Notes: generated from the letters alone by a model not told the origin. A stretch of DNA of 64,000 bases from Candidatus Aenigmatarchaeota archaeon (GCA_016198585.1 JACQII010000016.1:88932-152931); one strand, 5' to 3'; positions 44,623 to 52,438 are shown, counted from the stretch's first letter. Numbers and translations are program-made.

Positions 44623-45384
44623 TCACCCACCGGCTGCGATCAACCGGCTCTCGATCTCACCCGCGGGCAGGGCAGACACGGCCTTGCTCGACAGTGTTCC
44701 ATCCGGCCGGATGAAGAGGTGGGTGTGCTGGTAGGCGACACCGTAGGTCTGGGCCAGAGCAGCATCGTCCTGGTTGTTCTGGCCGTCGTTCCAATGGGAC
44801 TCGAAGCCGACAGCGTTGGTGAGCTCCAGACCGTCGAAGGTCGCCAGGATGTTGGGCCGCTCTGCCGCGCAGATGGGACACCAGGTAGCGTACACGTAGA
44901 CATAGACTGCCTTCCCGTCCGCGAGGGCCTGGTCAAAGTCAGCCTTCGTATAGCGGAGGTAGGGGGTGGTTGAACCGGCGATCAGCTCGCCGGTGTAGTC
45001 GGCCGAGGCTGCAGGCGGCGGGGTGACCGTCCCATCGGGCGCGACCATGGTGCCGTCCGGCTTCACCATCGTGCCGTCAGGCTTGACGATGGTGCCGTCC
45101 TCCTGGAGGGTGGTGCCTTCCGGCGCGACCATGGTCCCGTCGGGTAGCACCATGACGCCGTTCGGCTTCACCATCGTGCCGTCAGGCTTGATCATCGTGC
45201 CGTCCGGTTTAATCATCGTCCCGTCGGGCTTCACCATGGTCCCGTCAGGCTTGATCATCGTGCCGTCCGGCTTCAGGATCGTTCCATCGTCCTGCACGAC
45301 ATCTCCCTGGACGCCACCCGGGATGGCGGAGGTGCATCCCGCCACGGCCACGATCGCAAGGAGCGCGAAGGCGAAAAGCTTCAT
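44623..45384 (-). CDS. Lipoprotein-like secreted thioredoxin with a long 'KPDGTM[IV]' heptad-repeat linker
   Basis: MKLFAFALLAIVAVAGCTS is a signal peptide with a lipobox-like AGC. About 12 heptads (DGTMIKP/DGTMVKP) occur. The C-terminal thioredoxin fold has WCPIC. TATA 'CTTATAAACC' lies about 22 nt upstream. Confidence 0.65.
   Translation of the reverse strand: MKLFAFALLAIVAVAGCTSAIPGGVQGDVVQDDGTILKPDGTMIKPDGTMVKPDGTMIKPDGTMIKPDGTMVKPNGVMVLPDGTMVAPEGTTLQEDGTIVKPDGTMVKPDGTMVAPDGTVTPPPAASADYTGELIAGSTTPYLRYTKADFDQALADGKAVYVYVYATWCPICAAERPNILATFDGLELTNAVGFESHWNDGQNNQDDAALAQTYGVAYQHTHLFIRPDGTLSSKAVSALPAGEIESRLIAAGG
45030..45300 (-). repeat. Tandem 21-nt coding repeats (about 12 copies) encoding the KPDGTM[IV] heptads
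   Basis: Units such as CCGTCCGGCTTCACCATCGTG, CCGTCAGGCTTGATCATCGTG and similar are visible directly. Confidence 0.8.
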
Positions 45385-45502
45385 ACTACCGGTGGTCCGC
45401 GGCATCTTATAAACCTAATCCAAGATCCTTCCAGAGTGTTAGTCGCCATTTGTCCAACCGAGAGTCCTTTCTTGGTGTCGGAGCGTTAAGGTTGGTACGG
45501 GG

Positions 45503-45535
45503 CCGCACACCCCCTCGCGCCTGAAGGGGGTCTGC
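45503..45535. repeat. Hairpin-containing repeat copy 1 (CGCACACCCCCTCGCGCCTGAAGGGGGTCTG)
   Basis: It is about 80% identical to the copy at 46204-46237, and each forms a CCCC(C)...GGGG(G) hairpin. It lies 60 nt downstream of the YdeI-gene stop. Confidence 0.5.
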
Positions 45536-45593
45536 AAGGGCATATTAGGATTCATAGGCGCAATCCCTCGAAGTACGGCCACGTATTTCATAC

Positions 45594-46172
45594 TTATTTT
45601 CCTTCTTTTACGAAACCGATGCGTTTATTTTGTGCGGTCATTGTAACAAGATTCTTGAGAGCTTTTTGGTAGATCGCTATGCCATGACGTTTTCTGCTTT
45701 CAACATATGCCACCCGAATTCTTTTATACGATTCTGGCATTTTCTGAAAGTTTTTCCAAGCGTCTTTATCAGCCCTTAGTGCTTTCAAGATTCCGGGAGG
45801 AATTATAAATTCTTCTTTCTTGTCGGTCTTTGGATCATACACATGGGCGATAGCGACAAGTCCGGCTTTAGTCATTTTCTTCTGCGCAATAAGCTCGCGG
45901 ACACGCTCCTTGTTCATTTGAGACAAGACACTGTTTGACTTTCTGGGAGAGAACCGTTGGACAAAACTCTCGTTATCAAGTTTTTTGACAATACTGTCTA
46001 TCCAGCCATAACAAAGCGCTTCAAGAACGGCATCGTCGTAACTTATTCTTGGTTTGCCTGAATCCTTTCTGTAAAAAACAAGCCAAATCTCGTCAGCGGT
46101 TTTGTGGTGTGTTGATAACCAGGCGCGCCATGTCTTTCTTTCTGTGACATACAAAGTTTTACCAATATCCAT
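45594..46172 (-). CDS. YdeI/OmdA-family protein (DUF1801-like), low-GC
   Basis: The internal ATG at 46172 gives MDIGKTLYVTERKTWRAWLSTHHKTADEIWLVFYRK... The WR.WL..NH and IWL.FYKK motifs are typical of the YdeI family. GC is about 40% against the ~63% background. TATA 'CATATACAAAAGG' lies upstream. Confidence 0.55.
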   Translation of the reverse strand: MDIGKTLYVTERKTWRAWLSTHHKTADEIWLVFYRKDSGKPRISYDDAVLEALCYGWIDSIVKKLDNESFVQRFSPRKSNSVLSQMNKERVRELIAQKKMTKAGLVAIAHVYDPKTDKKEEFIIPPGILKALRADKDAWKNFQKMPESYKRIRVAYVESRKRHGIAIYQKALKNLVTMTAQNKRIGFVKEGK

Positions 46173-46203
46173 AGTTAACTTATTACACCTTTTGTATATG
46201 AGG

Positions 46204-46237
46204 TCGCACACCCCCTTGCGCTGAGAGGGGGCCTCTG
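46204..46237. repeat. Hairpin-containing repeat copy 2 (CGCACACCCCCTTGCGCTGAGAGGGGGCCTCTG)
   Basis: See copy 1. It lies upstream of the YdeI-gene promoter and downstream of the convergent small membrane-protein gene. Confidence 0.5.
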
Positions 46238-46340
46238 ACCCCGTCACTGTGTGCAGTTTATTCCAGGAATCAATAGACGAGGGCCTTTTTGGCTCCTGCA
46301 TCTTTTGCGTGTCTGGATGCAGACGGAGAGGAGCAGACCT

Positions 46341-46619
46341 TCACTCCCAGCTGATCCAGAGCAGGATGGCGAGGCCGACGGCCTTGACGGCCTGGAGCGT
46401 GAGGGCAGCCGCCTCGGCGGCGAGCGAGGTGTACATCACCATGCTGACGGCGAAGGATATGCTCATTGCGGTCTCGGCGATCATGAAACCGATGAAGAAC
46501 ACCAGGCCGGCCGTGTACTTCGACCTGAGCCGCCGGTAGTTGGCAAGGTATATCACCAGCAGCGCGACCAGCAGGAGGAGTGTCAGGCCGTGAATGCCCA
46601 GGGAGAGGAGGTCGGCCAT
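46341..46619 (-). CDS. Small membrane protein (92 aa, 3 TM)
   Basis: MADLLSLGIHGLTLLLLVALLVIYLANYRR... Its start lies 5 nt after the stop of the upstream wHTH regulator gene. Confidence 0.4.
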   Translation of the reverse strand: MADLLSLGIHGLTLLLLVALLVIYLANYRRLRSKYTAGLVFFIGFMIAETAMSISFAVSMVMYTSLAAEAAALTLQAVKAVGLAILLWISWE

Positions 46620-46623
46620 AGCT

Positions 46624-46941
46624 TCATTCACTTCCCCGGCTCTTAAAAGCCTTATCCAACATCGCGGCGATCTCGTCCAGAACGGACCGGTTCGCGTCCA
46701 GCAGCGGGGAGAGGAAATAGACGCTGCCATACCTCTTCCGTTCAGGCGCGACCAGCCCTGACTTCTCGAGGACGCGGGCGTGGTACATCATCGTCGTGTA
46801 ATCCATGCCGAGGGCCCGGGAGAGCTGGTTCAGGTTCCGCGGCCGCTCCTTGAGCAGCAGCAGGATCCGCAGGCGCGCGATCCCGCCCCGGGTCCCGCCC
46901 ACGTAGAGCCAGAGGATCCGCCGGATGTCAGGGGTGAGCAC
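46624..46941 (-). CDS. Winged-helix transcriptional regulator (ArsR/PadR-like)
   Basis: IARLRILLLLKERPRNLNQLSRALGMDYTTMMYHARVLEKSGLVAPERKRYGSVYF is a wHTH. The gene is in an operon with the small membrane protein. Confidence 0.5.
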   Translation of the reverse strand: MLTPDIRRILWLYVGGTRGGIARLRILLLLKERPRNLNQLSRALGMDYTTMMYHARVLEKSGLVAPERKRYGSVYFLSPLLDANRSVLDEIAAMLDKAFKSRGSE

Positions 46942-47024
46942 ATCACAGACTGGGACGGCGGCCTTAAGAGGCTGCCGGCCGCCGCGGAAACAACCTTTTT
47001 TAACCCGTGCGCCAAGAAAATGAC

Positions 47025-47567
47025 ATGAAGAAACCGCTCCCGCCCGCGCCGCGGAAGTTCGCGGAACCCGCGCCGATGGCCGCGCCGGAGCCCCTGCGGT
47101 TGCCGATGGCGCCGCAACGCCAACTCCCTGCCGGACCTCCCCGGACTCCGTTCCCGCGGCCGACGCCTGAAATGCGCCCGATGCACGACTCGCCAGGGGA
47201 ACTGCCTCCCCTCCCGTCCCCGCGGAGCAAGGGCCCGCCCCTCTTCATCAAGCTCGAGAAGTACCAGGACGTCGTCAACACCCTCCACAAGATGAAGACC
47301 TTCTCCCTAAGCCTGCGCGATGCCCTGGACGCGCTCGCGGACGTCGAGCGGGAACTGCGGAACGGCATCGGCGTCACCCACAAGGCCCTCGACGCCTTTA
47401 ACGCCTCAATCGCCTCGCTGGACGCCAAGATCTCGCGGCTGCCCCCCGAGGTAGAGATGGACCCGGCCCAGCGGGCGGAGATCGACGAGCTCGACGACTA
47501 CGTGAAGGGCCTGCACGACCAGGTCGAGAAGATCCGGAACGAGCTCAAGTCCGCTGCCTTGCCGTAG
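47025..47567 (+). CDS. Hypothetical protein with a Pro-rich N-terminus and a C-terminal coiled-coil
   Basis: MKKPLPPAPRKFAEPAPMAAPEPLRLPMAPQRQLPAGPP... is followed by helical heptads. TATA 'CCTTTTTTAACCC' lies about 22 nt upstream of ATG 47025. The ORF-track start at 47007 is a GTG. Confidence 0.4.
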   Translation: MKKPLPPAPRKFAEPAPMAAPEPLRLPMAPQRQLPAGPPRTPFPRPTPEMRPMHDSPGELPPLPSPRSKGPPLFIKLEKYQDVVNTLHKMKTFSLSLRDALDALADVERELRNGIGVTHKALDAFNASIASLDAKISRLPPEVEMDPAQRAEIDELDDYVKGLHDQVEKIRNELKSAALP

Positions 47568-47597
47568 CCTTTTAAGCACGCCGCCGAATAACTCCTC

Positions 47598-47736
47598 GCG
47601 GGGATACCCAAGCGGTCAACGGGGCAAGACTCAAGTTCCTGATGGGCGATCTTGTGGCTTAGTGCCTTCGCAGGTTCGAAGCACCCTTTTGGGAAAAGGC
47701 TGCACCCAAAAGCGAGCGAAAATCCTGCTCCCCGCA
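47598..47736 (+). tRNA. tRNA-Leu(CAA) with two putative introns: a 13-nt intron 3' of the anticodon and a ~42-nt intron in the T-loop (59/60)
   Basis: The acceptor stem is GCGGGGA/TCCCCGC with discriminator A. The D-arm is CCC-AAGCGGTCAAC-GGG. The anticodon stem CAAGA/TCTTG has the loop CTCAAG|intron|A, giving anticodon CAA. A long variable arm GGC-TTAGT-GCC is present. The T-stem GCAGG/CCTGC has the loop TTCGAA|intron|T. The mature length is about 84 nt, typical of class-II tRNA. A TATA-like 'CTTTTAAGC' lies about 25 nt upstream. Confidence 0.55.
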
Positions 47737-47737
47737 C

Positions 47738-47752
47738 GATATTTAAATACCA
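47738..47752 (+). promoter_or_regulatory. TATA box 'GATATTTAAATACC' for rpl18e
   Basis: It lies about 20 nt upstream of ATG 47769. The same TATTTAAATA consensus is seen at 9083, 9434 and 48969. Confidence 0.5.
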
Positions 47753-47768
47753 TGCGTGAAGAATACCT

Positions 47769-48119
47769 ATGCGTTTGCGGGACAAGAACCCGGTGGAGAA
47801 GAGGCTCCTGGTGTCGCTGGAGCGCGCCGGACGGAAGCACCAGGTCTGGAAGGCCGTGGCCCTCCAGCTGAACCGGCCGCGCCGGATCCGCGCCGAGGTC
47901 GCCGTCGCCCAACTCGACCAGTACGCGGGCAGCGGCATGCTCCTCGTCCCCGGCCGAGTCCTCGGGACAGGAGAGGTGACCAAGCCCATTACTGTCGCTG
48001 CTGTTGGATTCTCGGGAACGGCCCGGACGAAGATCGAGCAGGCCGGAGGGAAGGCGCTTAGCATCCCCGACCTGGTCACGCAGAACCCGCAGGGAAAGGG
48101 CATCAGGATCATCGGATAG
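47769..48119 (+). CDS. rpl18e: 50S ribosomal protein L18e
   Basis: The 116-aa protein carries NRPRRIRAEV...LLVPGRVLGTGEV...VAAVGFSGTARTKIEQAGG. Confidence 0.85.
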   Translation: MRLRDKNPVEKRLLVSLERAGRKHQVWKAVALQLNRPRRIRAEVAVAQLDQYAGSGMLLVPGRVLGTGEVTKPITVAAVGFSGTARTKIEQAGGKALSIPDLVTQNPQGKGIRIIG

Positions 48120-48122
48120 GTT

Positions 48123-48533
48123 ATGGACATCATATTGGACGCGGATCATTGCATCGCTGGCCGGACCGCGAGCCGGGCGGCCAAGGAGCTGCTGAAAGGG
48201 AAGACCGTGGCCATCGTGAATGCGGAGAAGGCCGTGATCTCCGGTAGCCCGCGGGCCACGATCGTGGCCTACCGGGAACGCGTCGACCGGGGAGACCCCT
48301 ACCACGGGCCGTTCTACCCGCGGACGCCGGAGCGGATACTCAAGCGTATGGTCCGCGGCATGCTGCCGTACAAAAAGACCATGGGCCGCGACGCGCTCAA
48401 GCACCTGCGCGTCTTCGTCTCGGTTCCCGCTGACCTGCAGTCGCTGCCGACGGTCAAGGCCAAGGACCTGCCCCACGGGCAGAAGGCGATCACGTTAGGC
48501 GAACTCGCCCTGCATCTGAGGATGAGAGCATGA
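48123..48533 (+). CDS. rpl13: 50S ribosomal protein L13
   Basis: DADHCIAGRTASRAAKELLKGKTVAIVNAEKAVISG is the typical archaeal L13 N-terminus. Confidence 0.9.
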   Translation: MDIILDADHCIAGRTASRAAKELLKGKTVAIVNAEKAVISGSPRATIVAYRERVDRGDPYHGPFYPRTPERILKRMVRGMLPYKKTMGRDALKHLRVFVSVPADLQSLPTVKAKDLPHGQKAITLGELALHLRMRA

Positions 48534-48937
48534 AACAGGAAGCGAAGCCGTTCACCACGGGAAAGCGCAAGCGCGCCGTCGCGCGGGCCTGGATCACCAA
48601 AGGGACCGGGATCGTGAAGGTCAACGCCGCCCCGCTGGAGACCCTGACCAACGATCTGGTCCGCATGAAGATCCGCGAGCCGCTCATCCTGGCGGGCGAC
48701 GCCACGAAGGGTTTCGACATCCACGTCTCGGTCCGCGGGGGCGGCATCATGGGCCAGGCCGACGCAGTCCGCCAGGCCATCACCCGGGCGCTCATCAGCC
48801 AGGTGCCGACGCTGAAGGAGCGCTTCATGCACTATGACCGCTTCATGGTCGTCTACGATCCCCGGCGGACAGAACCGCACAAACCCCCCAGGTCTTCCCA
48901 GGGTCCGCGGCGTCACAAGCAGAGAAGCAAGAGATAG
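48530..48937 (+). CDS. rps9: 30S ribosomal protein S9
   Basis: TGKRKRAVARAWITKGTGIVKVN is present with the basic C-terminus RRHKQRSKR. It overlaps the rpl13 stop (ATGA). Confidence 0.9.
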   Translation: MKQEAKPFTTGKRKRAVARAWITKGTGIVKVNAAPLETLTNDLVRMKIREPLILAGDATKGFDIHVSVRGGGIMGQADAVRQAITRALISQVPTLKERFMHYDRFMVVYDPRRTEPHKPPRSSQGPRRHKQRSKR

Positions 48938-49016
48938 CCTCGCCTCCAGACCGGCAGCCGCTTGCCGACTATTTAAATACTCTGGGATCAAATAGACCTT
49001 GTTCGTGGAGACGGCT

Positions 49017-49352
49017 ATGGAATACGCGCGTGTCAAGCTTGCGGGACGGAATTATGACGAGTTGCTGGGCATCTGCGAGGAGATCCGCGAGATCGCCAAG
49101 AAGCATGGCGTCTCCTGGCGCGGCCCCATCCCCCTCCCGACCAAGAAGTTGCGCGTGCGGACCCTGAAGACGCCCTGCGGCGACGGGACCGGCCACGGCA
49201 ACGCCACCTGGGACCGCTGGGAGATGCGCATCCACCGCCGGGTGATGGACATCGGCGCCAACGAGCGCGCGCTCCGCCAGGTCGTGCGGCTGAACATCCC
49301 TGAGGGCGTCAAGATCGACATTGAGCTCAAGGAAAAGTACGAGAGCAAGTGA
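49017..49352 (+). CDS. rps10: 30S ribosomal protein S10
   Basis: RVKLAGRNYDELLGICEEIREIAKKHGVSWRGPIPLPTKKLRVRTLKTP matches S10. TATA 'CTATTTAAATAC' at 48969-48980 lies about 35 nt upstream of ATG 49017. The ORF-track start at 48999 is a TTG. Confidence 0.8.
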   Translation: MEYARVKLAGRNYDELLGICEEIREIAKKHGVSWRGPIPLPTKKLRVRTLKTPCGDGTGHGNATWDRWEMRIHRRVMDIGANERALRQVVRLNIPEGVKIDIELKEKYESK

Positions 49353-49354
49353 CG

Positions 49355-49645
49355 CTATCGGTCCGGGAAATCGAACCCCAGGCTGTCCTCTTCTATCGCC
49401 TCGATCTTCTCGGCGACGTCCTGATGGTCAGGATGCTGGCGGTAGCGGTCGAGAGCGGCCTGGTCCCGAGCCACCACGACGACGCCGTGGGTGAATCCCT
49501 TGGCGTCTGGGTGGGTGTTCTGGCCGCAGAAAATGTCAATCCCGTCGCAGACGTCTTGCAGGCGCCGGACGCGCTCAAGCGCCTGGTCGACCGCCGCGTT
49601 GGGGATGTCAGGCTTCCAGCGGAACAGCGCGAGATGGATGATCAT
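49355..49645 (-). CDS. Dabb-family stress-responsive protein (dimeric alpha/beta barrel)
   Basis: The 96-aa protein begins MIIHLALFRWKPDIPNAAVDQALERVRRLQ, typical of the Dabb domain. Confidence 0.65.
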   Translation of the reverse strand: MIIHLALFRWKPDIPNAAVDQALERVRRLQDVCDGIDIFCGQNTHPDAKGFTHGVVVVARDQAALDRYRQHPDHQDVAEKIEAIEEDSLGFDFPDR

Positions 49646-49652
49646 ACCGACG

Positions 49653-50072
49653 CTACTTCTTCTCTGGCGGGTTCATCGCGGCCTGGAGTTGGCTGCCGAG
49701 CTGGTTGATGTGGCTCGCCACGGCCATCAGCTCCTGGCTCAGTTTCGCGGACTGCTGCTCGACCTCGCTCTTCTGCTTCTCCACGAGGGCCGTCGCTTCT
49801 TTCTGGGTCTTCTTCACGAGGATGCCTGCGCCGATGTCCATGAGCAGCGGCTCCTTCGCCTGGCCGGAGCCGTGCATGAAGACGCCGCTCCCGAGGGGAA
49901 GCAGGATCTCTCCTGCAGCGGCCATGGACTCGGCCGCTTCGAGAGACTGCCGCGTCGCCTCGAGTTCGGTGTACCGGTTCTGGAGGAAGGCGGCCTGCCT
50001 CTGGAGCTGCTCAAACTGGTTCTGGAGCAGCTGGTACATCACGAGGGCGTTCTGGAGGTCCTTCTCGTCCAT
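49653..50072 (-). CDS. pfdA: Prefoldin alpha subunit
   Basis: Two coiled-coils flank a beta-hairpin region (LLPLGSGVFMHGSGQ...EPLLMDIGAGILVKKT) in a 139-aa protein. Confidence 0.8.
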   Translation of the reverse strand: MDEKDLQNALVMYQLLQNQFEQLQRQAAFLQNRYTELEATRQSLEAAESMAAAGEILLPLGSGVFMHGSGQAKEPLLMDIGAGILVKKTQKEATALVEKQKSEVEQQSAKLSQELMAVASHINQLGSQLQAAMNPPEKK

Positions 50073-50118
50073 ATAGGATTAGAGAGAAGAGACGGTTTAA
50101 ATGCTTGCGGGCGCGCGG

Positions 50119-50457
50119 CTACAGGAGCTTCAGCTTCCCCGTGAGCCGGTCCGCTTCCTGGTCCGGGCAGGGCCCGATGCCGACGGCTGTCGCCGTCCCC
50201 GGAGCGGTCTGGGTGAGGCCAGCGTCGCGGATCAGGGCGCACGGCAACCCCTGGCTCCGCGCCTTCCGGTAGTGGTCGATCAGTTCAGCTTCAGAGGCGA
50301 CCGCGACGACGACCTTCTTCGACCCTTCCTCTTCCCAGGCCGTCCGAGCCGTAGCGGACGCGGCCTTGTAGGCCTGGAGCGACGCATGGGCAGATTGCGC
50401 GGCAATCTTGCCCTTGCCCATCTTGAGGTCCTTGCGGATGAGGATGACCTGCTTCAT
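50119..50457 (-). CDS. pth2: Peptidyl-tRNA hydrolase (archaeal Pth2)
   Basis: KQVILIRKDLKMGKGKIAAQSAHAS...IRDAGLTQTAPGTATAVGIGP is present in a 112-aa protein. Confidence 0.85.
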   Translation of the reverse strand: MKQVILIRKDLKMGKGKIAAQSAHASLQAYKAASATARTAWEEEGSKKVVVAVASEAELIDHYRKARSQGLPCALIRDAGLTQTAPGTATAVGIGPCPDQEADRLTGKLKLL

Positions 50458-50505
50458 GCAAGCTAGTTGGTCTCGTGTGCTTAAGAAAAGCCGCGGGCAC
50501 AGGCC

Positions 50506-50928
50506 TTAGATGACTTTCACCGTGTCGCCGCGGATGAGGTCCTGGACGCCCGGACACTCCTGGGACTGGATGGTGACTTCCTGGACCTGGGCGAGGTCGG
50601 TCCCGAAGGTGAACTGCACGATGTCCTGCTCCGGCACCAGGACGTCCCCGGCGACCTTGCTTACGGTCCCGTTGATCGCGGTGAGGAGGACCGTGAAGGA
50701 CAGGTCGACGTCGCCGAAGTTGTGGATGTTCAAGGTGAGGTCACTGTTCGCGGTCTGGTAGACGCCGCTCAGGATGAGGGCCTTCGCGCCCGTGCAGTAC
50801 TGGATGGAAGCCCGCTGCTGCTGGGTGAACTGGGTGACCATGGCCCCCAGGATGCCCGCCACCAGCAGGGTGAAAGCGATGAGCATGACAACGGCGACGA
50901 GGGGCGAAATCCCTTTGCGGTGCTTCAT
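50506..50928 (-). CDS. Archaeal type IV pilin-like protein (class III signal peptide)
   Basis: MKHRKGISPLVAVVMLIAFTLLVAGILG carries a prepilin-peptidase site after RKG plus a hydrophobic helix. Confidence 0.6.
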   Translation of the reverse strand: MKHRKGISPLVAVVMLIAFTLLVAGILGAMVTQFTQQQRASIQYCTGAKALILSGVYQTANSDLTLNIHNFGDVDLSFTVLLTAINGTVSKVAGDVLVPEQDIVQFTFGTDLAQVQEVTIQSQECPGVQDLIRGDTVKVI

Positions 50929-50981
50929 AGGCTAGTAATTAATTGGCGCCGGTCTTATAAATTAGCCTGCCCCGCAGGCGC

Positions 50982-51467
50982 CTAATAGACGGTTACCGAG
51001 TCGATCGAGGCCGAAACCGCCTCACAGGCGTCGTTGCGGACCGTCAGCTTCGTTGCGGACTTGGCCAGCCCGATCAGTTCCCCGGAGCCGGTCGAGGCAT
51101 TGGTGAAGTTGAGGGTCATGATCGCCGACTGCTCGCGCTGTAGGGCCTTGGCGGAAGTGACCTGGTTGATGATCAGCTTGCTGTCCGAGGCGATGGTCTG
51201 GATGTTCGTGACGTTGAAGAGGACGAAACTGAAGCCGTGGATTGCCTGGTCGCCCTTGTTCGTGATGCGCACCAGGAGTTCGTCCTTGCCCGAGTAGTTG
51301 AACTTGACGTCGTCGATCACATAGTTGGTCTTGATGGCGCAGGCGATGGACGAGGAGGTGGTCTGGTCCGTCACCCACTTCGTGGCGAAGTTGGTGACGA
51401 AGACGCCGATGGCGATGGCGACGGCAATCATGAGAACGACGGCGATGATGTCGGAAATCCCTCTCAT
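50982..51467 (-). CDS. Archaeal type IV pilin-like protein (class III signal peptide)
   Basis: MRGISDIIAVVLMIAVAIAIGVFVTNF is the class III signal. There are several N-x-S/T sequons. Confidence 0.6.
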   Translation of the reverse strand: MRGISDIIAVVLMIAVAIAIGVFVTNFATKWVTDQTTSSSIACAIKTNYVIDDVKFNYSGKDELLVRITNKGDQAIHGFSFVLFNVTNIQTIASDSKLIINQVTSAKALQREQSAIMTLNFTNASTGSGELIGLAKSATKLTVRNDACEAVSASIDSVTVY

Positions 51468-51551
51468 AGCAGTATCTTGTCCCCGTGGAGATATATAGCT
51501 TCCAATGGTCGCCCGGCCGTGGAGGTTGCAATCAGCTTCTCCCGGCCGGCG

Positions 51552-52391
51552 TCAGATCAGCCGGATCTCGATCTGCGAGGCGAAGGAGAAGATGGTGTAG
51601 CCGACCACGATCAGGAGGATCGAGTGCTTGAGCCCGGCGGCCAGCGACCCTTCGGCCATCTTCCCTGCCACCAGGCCGGCGAAGAAGCCCTGGACGAGGA
51701 TGAAGTTGATGAAGCTCTGGGCGAAGATGGACTGGACCGGCGTGGCCAGCCCCTGGGTCCCGGGCAGGCTGGGCAGGTTCTGCGGCAGCAGCGAGGGGAT
51801 CAGGAAGATCTGCAGGACCACCAGGATCAGGATGAAGACGAAGTAGATGAGGTACGAGGTGACCAGCTGGGAGTAGACCGAGGACGTCCGCTCTTTCTTG
51901 ATGTTCTCGATGGTGAGCAAGGTCTTGCTGATCGCGTCGAGGGTGTCGGCGATCTTGCCGCCGACCTTGTAGGTCTGCAGGATGGTCTTGACCGCGCGGC
52001 CGACCGGGACCGAATCGGTCTTGTGGGCGAAGATCTCCAGGGCCTTCGGGAACGGGATGCCCCAGTCCACCTGCGACGACAGCGAGGACACCAGGGAGGT
52101 GAGGTCGCGGTAGTCCCGCTTCGAGACGGTCTGGAGGGCGAGGGGGAGGGTCATCCCCGAGTTGATCGCCTGGGTGAGGTCGGCGATGAAGACCAGGAAC
52201 TGCTCCTCGATCGTCCGGCGGCGGCGGAAGCGGCGATAGAAGAACGTGACCGCCGGGATGACCGCCACGAGGGCGCCGACCAGGTTTAGCATGTCGCCCA
52301 GGAGCGGAACGCCGATGAGGAAGTTGAGGTTCAGGGCGATGATCAACAGGCCGATGATCGCGAAGAGCAACTCATAGAAGTACGCGAACAT
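51552..52391 (-). CDS. Type II secretion system F-domain (TadC/FlaJ-like) pilus-assembly membrane protein
   Basis: A polytopic membrane protein is found immediately upstream of two pilin genes. The T2SS-F-like topology is inferred. Confidence 0.55.
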   Translation of the reverse strand: MFAYFYELLFAIIGLLIIALNLNFLIGVPLLGDMLNLVGALVAVIPAVTFFYRRFRRRRTIEEQFLVFIADLTQAINSGMTLPLALQTVSKRDYRDLTSLVSSLSSQVDWGIPFPKALEIFAHKTDSVPVGRAVKTILQTYKVGGKIADTLDAISKTLLTIENIKKERTSSVYSQLVTSYLIYFVFILILVVLQIFLIPSLLPQNLPSLPGTQGLATPVQSIFAQSFINFILVQGFFAGLVAGKMAEGSLAAGLKHSILLIVVGYTIFSFASQIEIRLI

Positions 52392-52438
52392 ACTTTAGTA
52401 TTGGCGTCGCCCTAATAAAGCGCGGGCCATGCCAGAGG

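Noticed and set aside
45030-45300. Tandem 21-nt repeats as a CRISPR-like or noncoding array
   Set aside because: The repeats are contiguous without spacers and are in-frame coding sequence for KPDGTM[IV] heptads of a thioredoxin lipoprotein. No CRISPR array (repeat-spacer periodicity) is present anywhere in the window.
44623-45405. Longer N-terminus (MPRTTGS...) for the repeat thioredoxin
   Set aside because: A TATA box at ~45408-45415 would overlap the first codons of the long version. The internal ATG 45384 gives a proper signal peptide (MKLFAFALLAIVAVAGC) 22 nt after the TATA.
49017-49352. Identification of this gene as rpoN/rpoK, as expected after rps9 in the canonical operon
   Set aside because: The sequence (GPIPLPTKK...) is clearly S10/S20e-like rather than an RNA polymerase subunit. 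The unusual gene order is noted as a finding instead.
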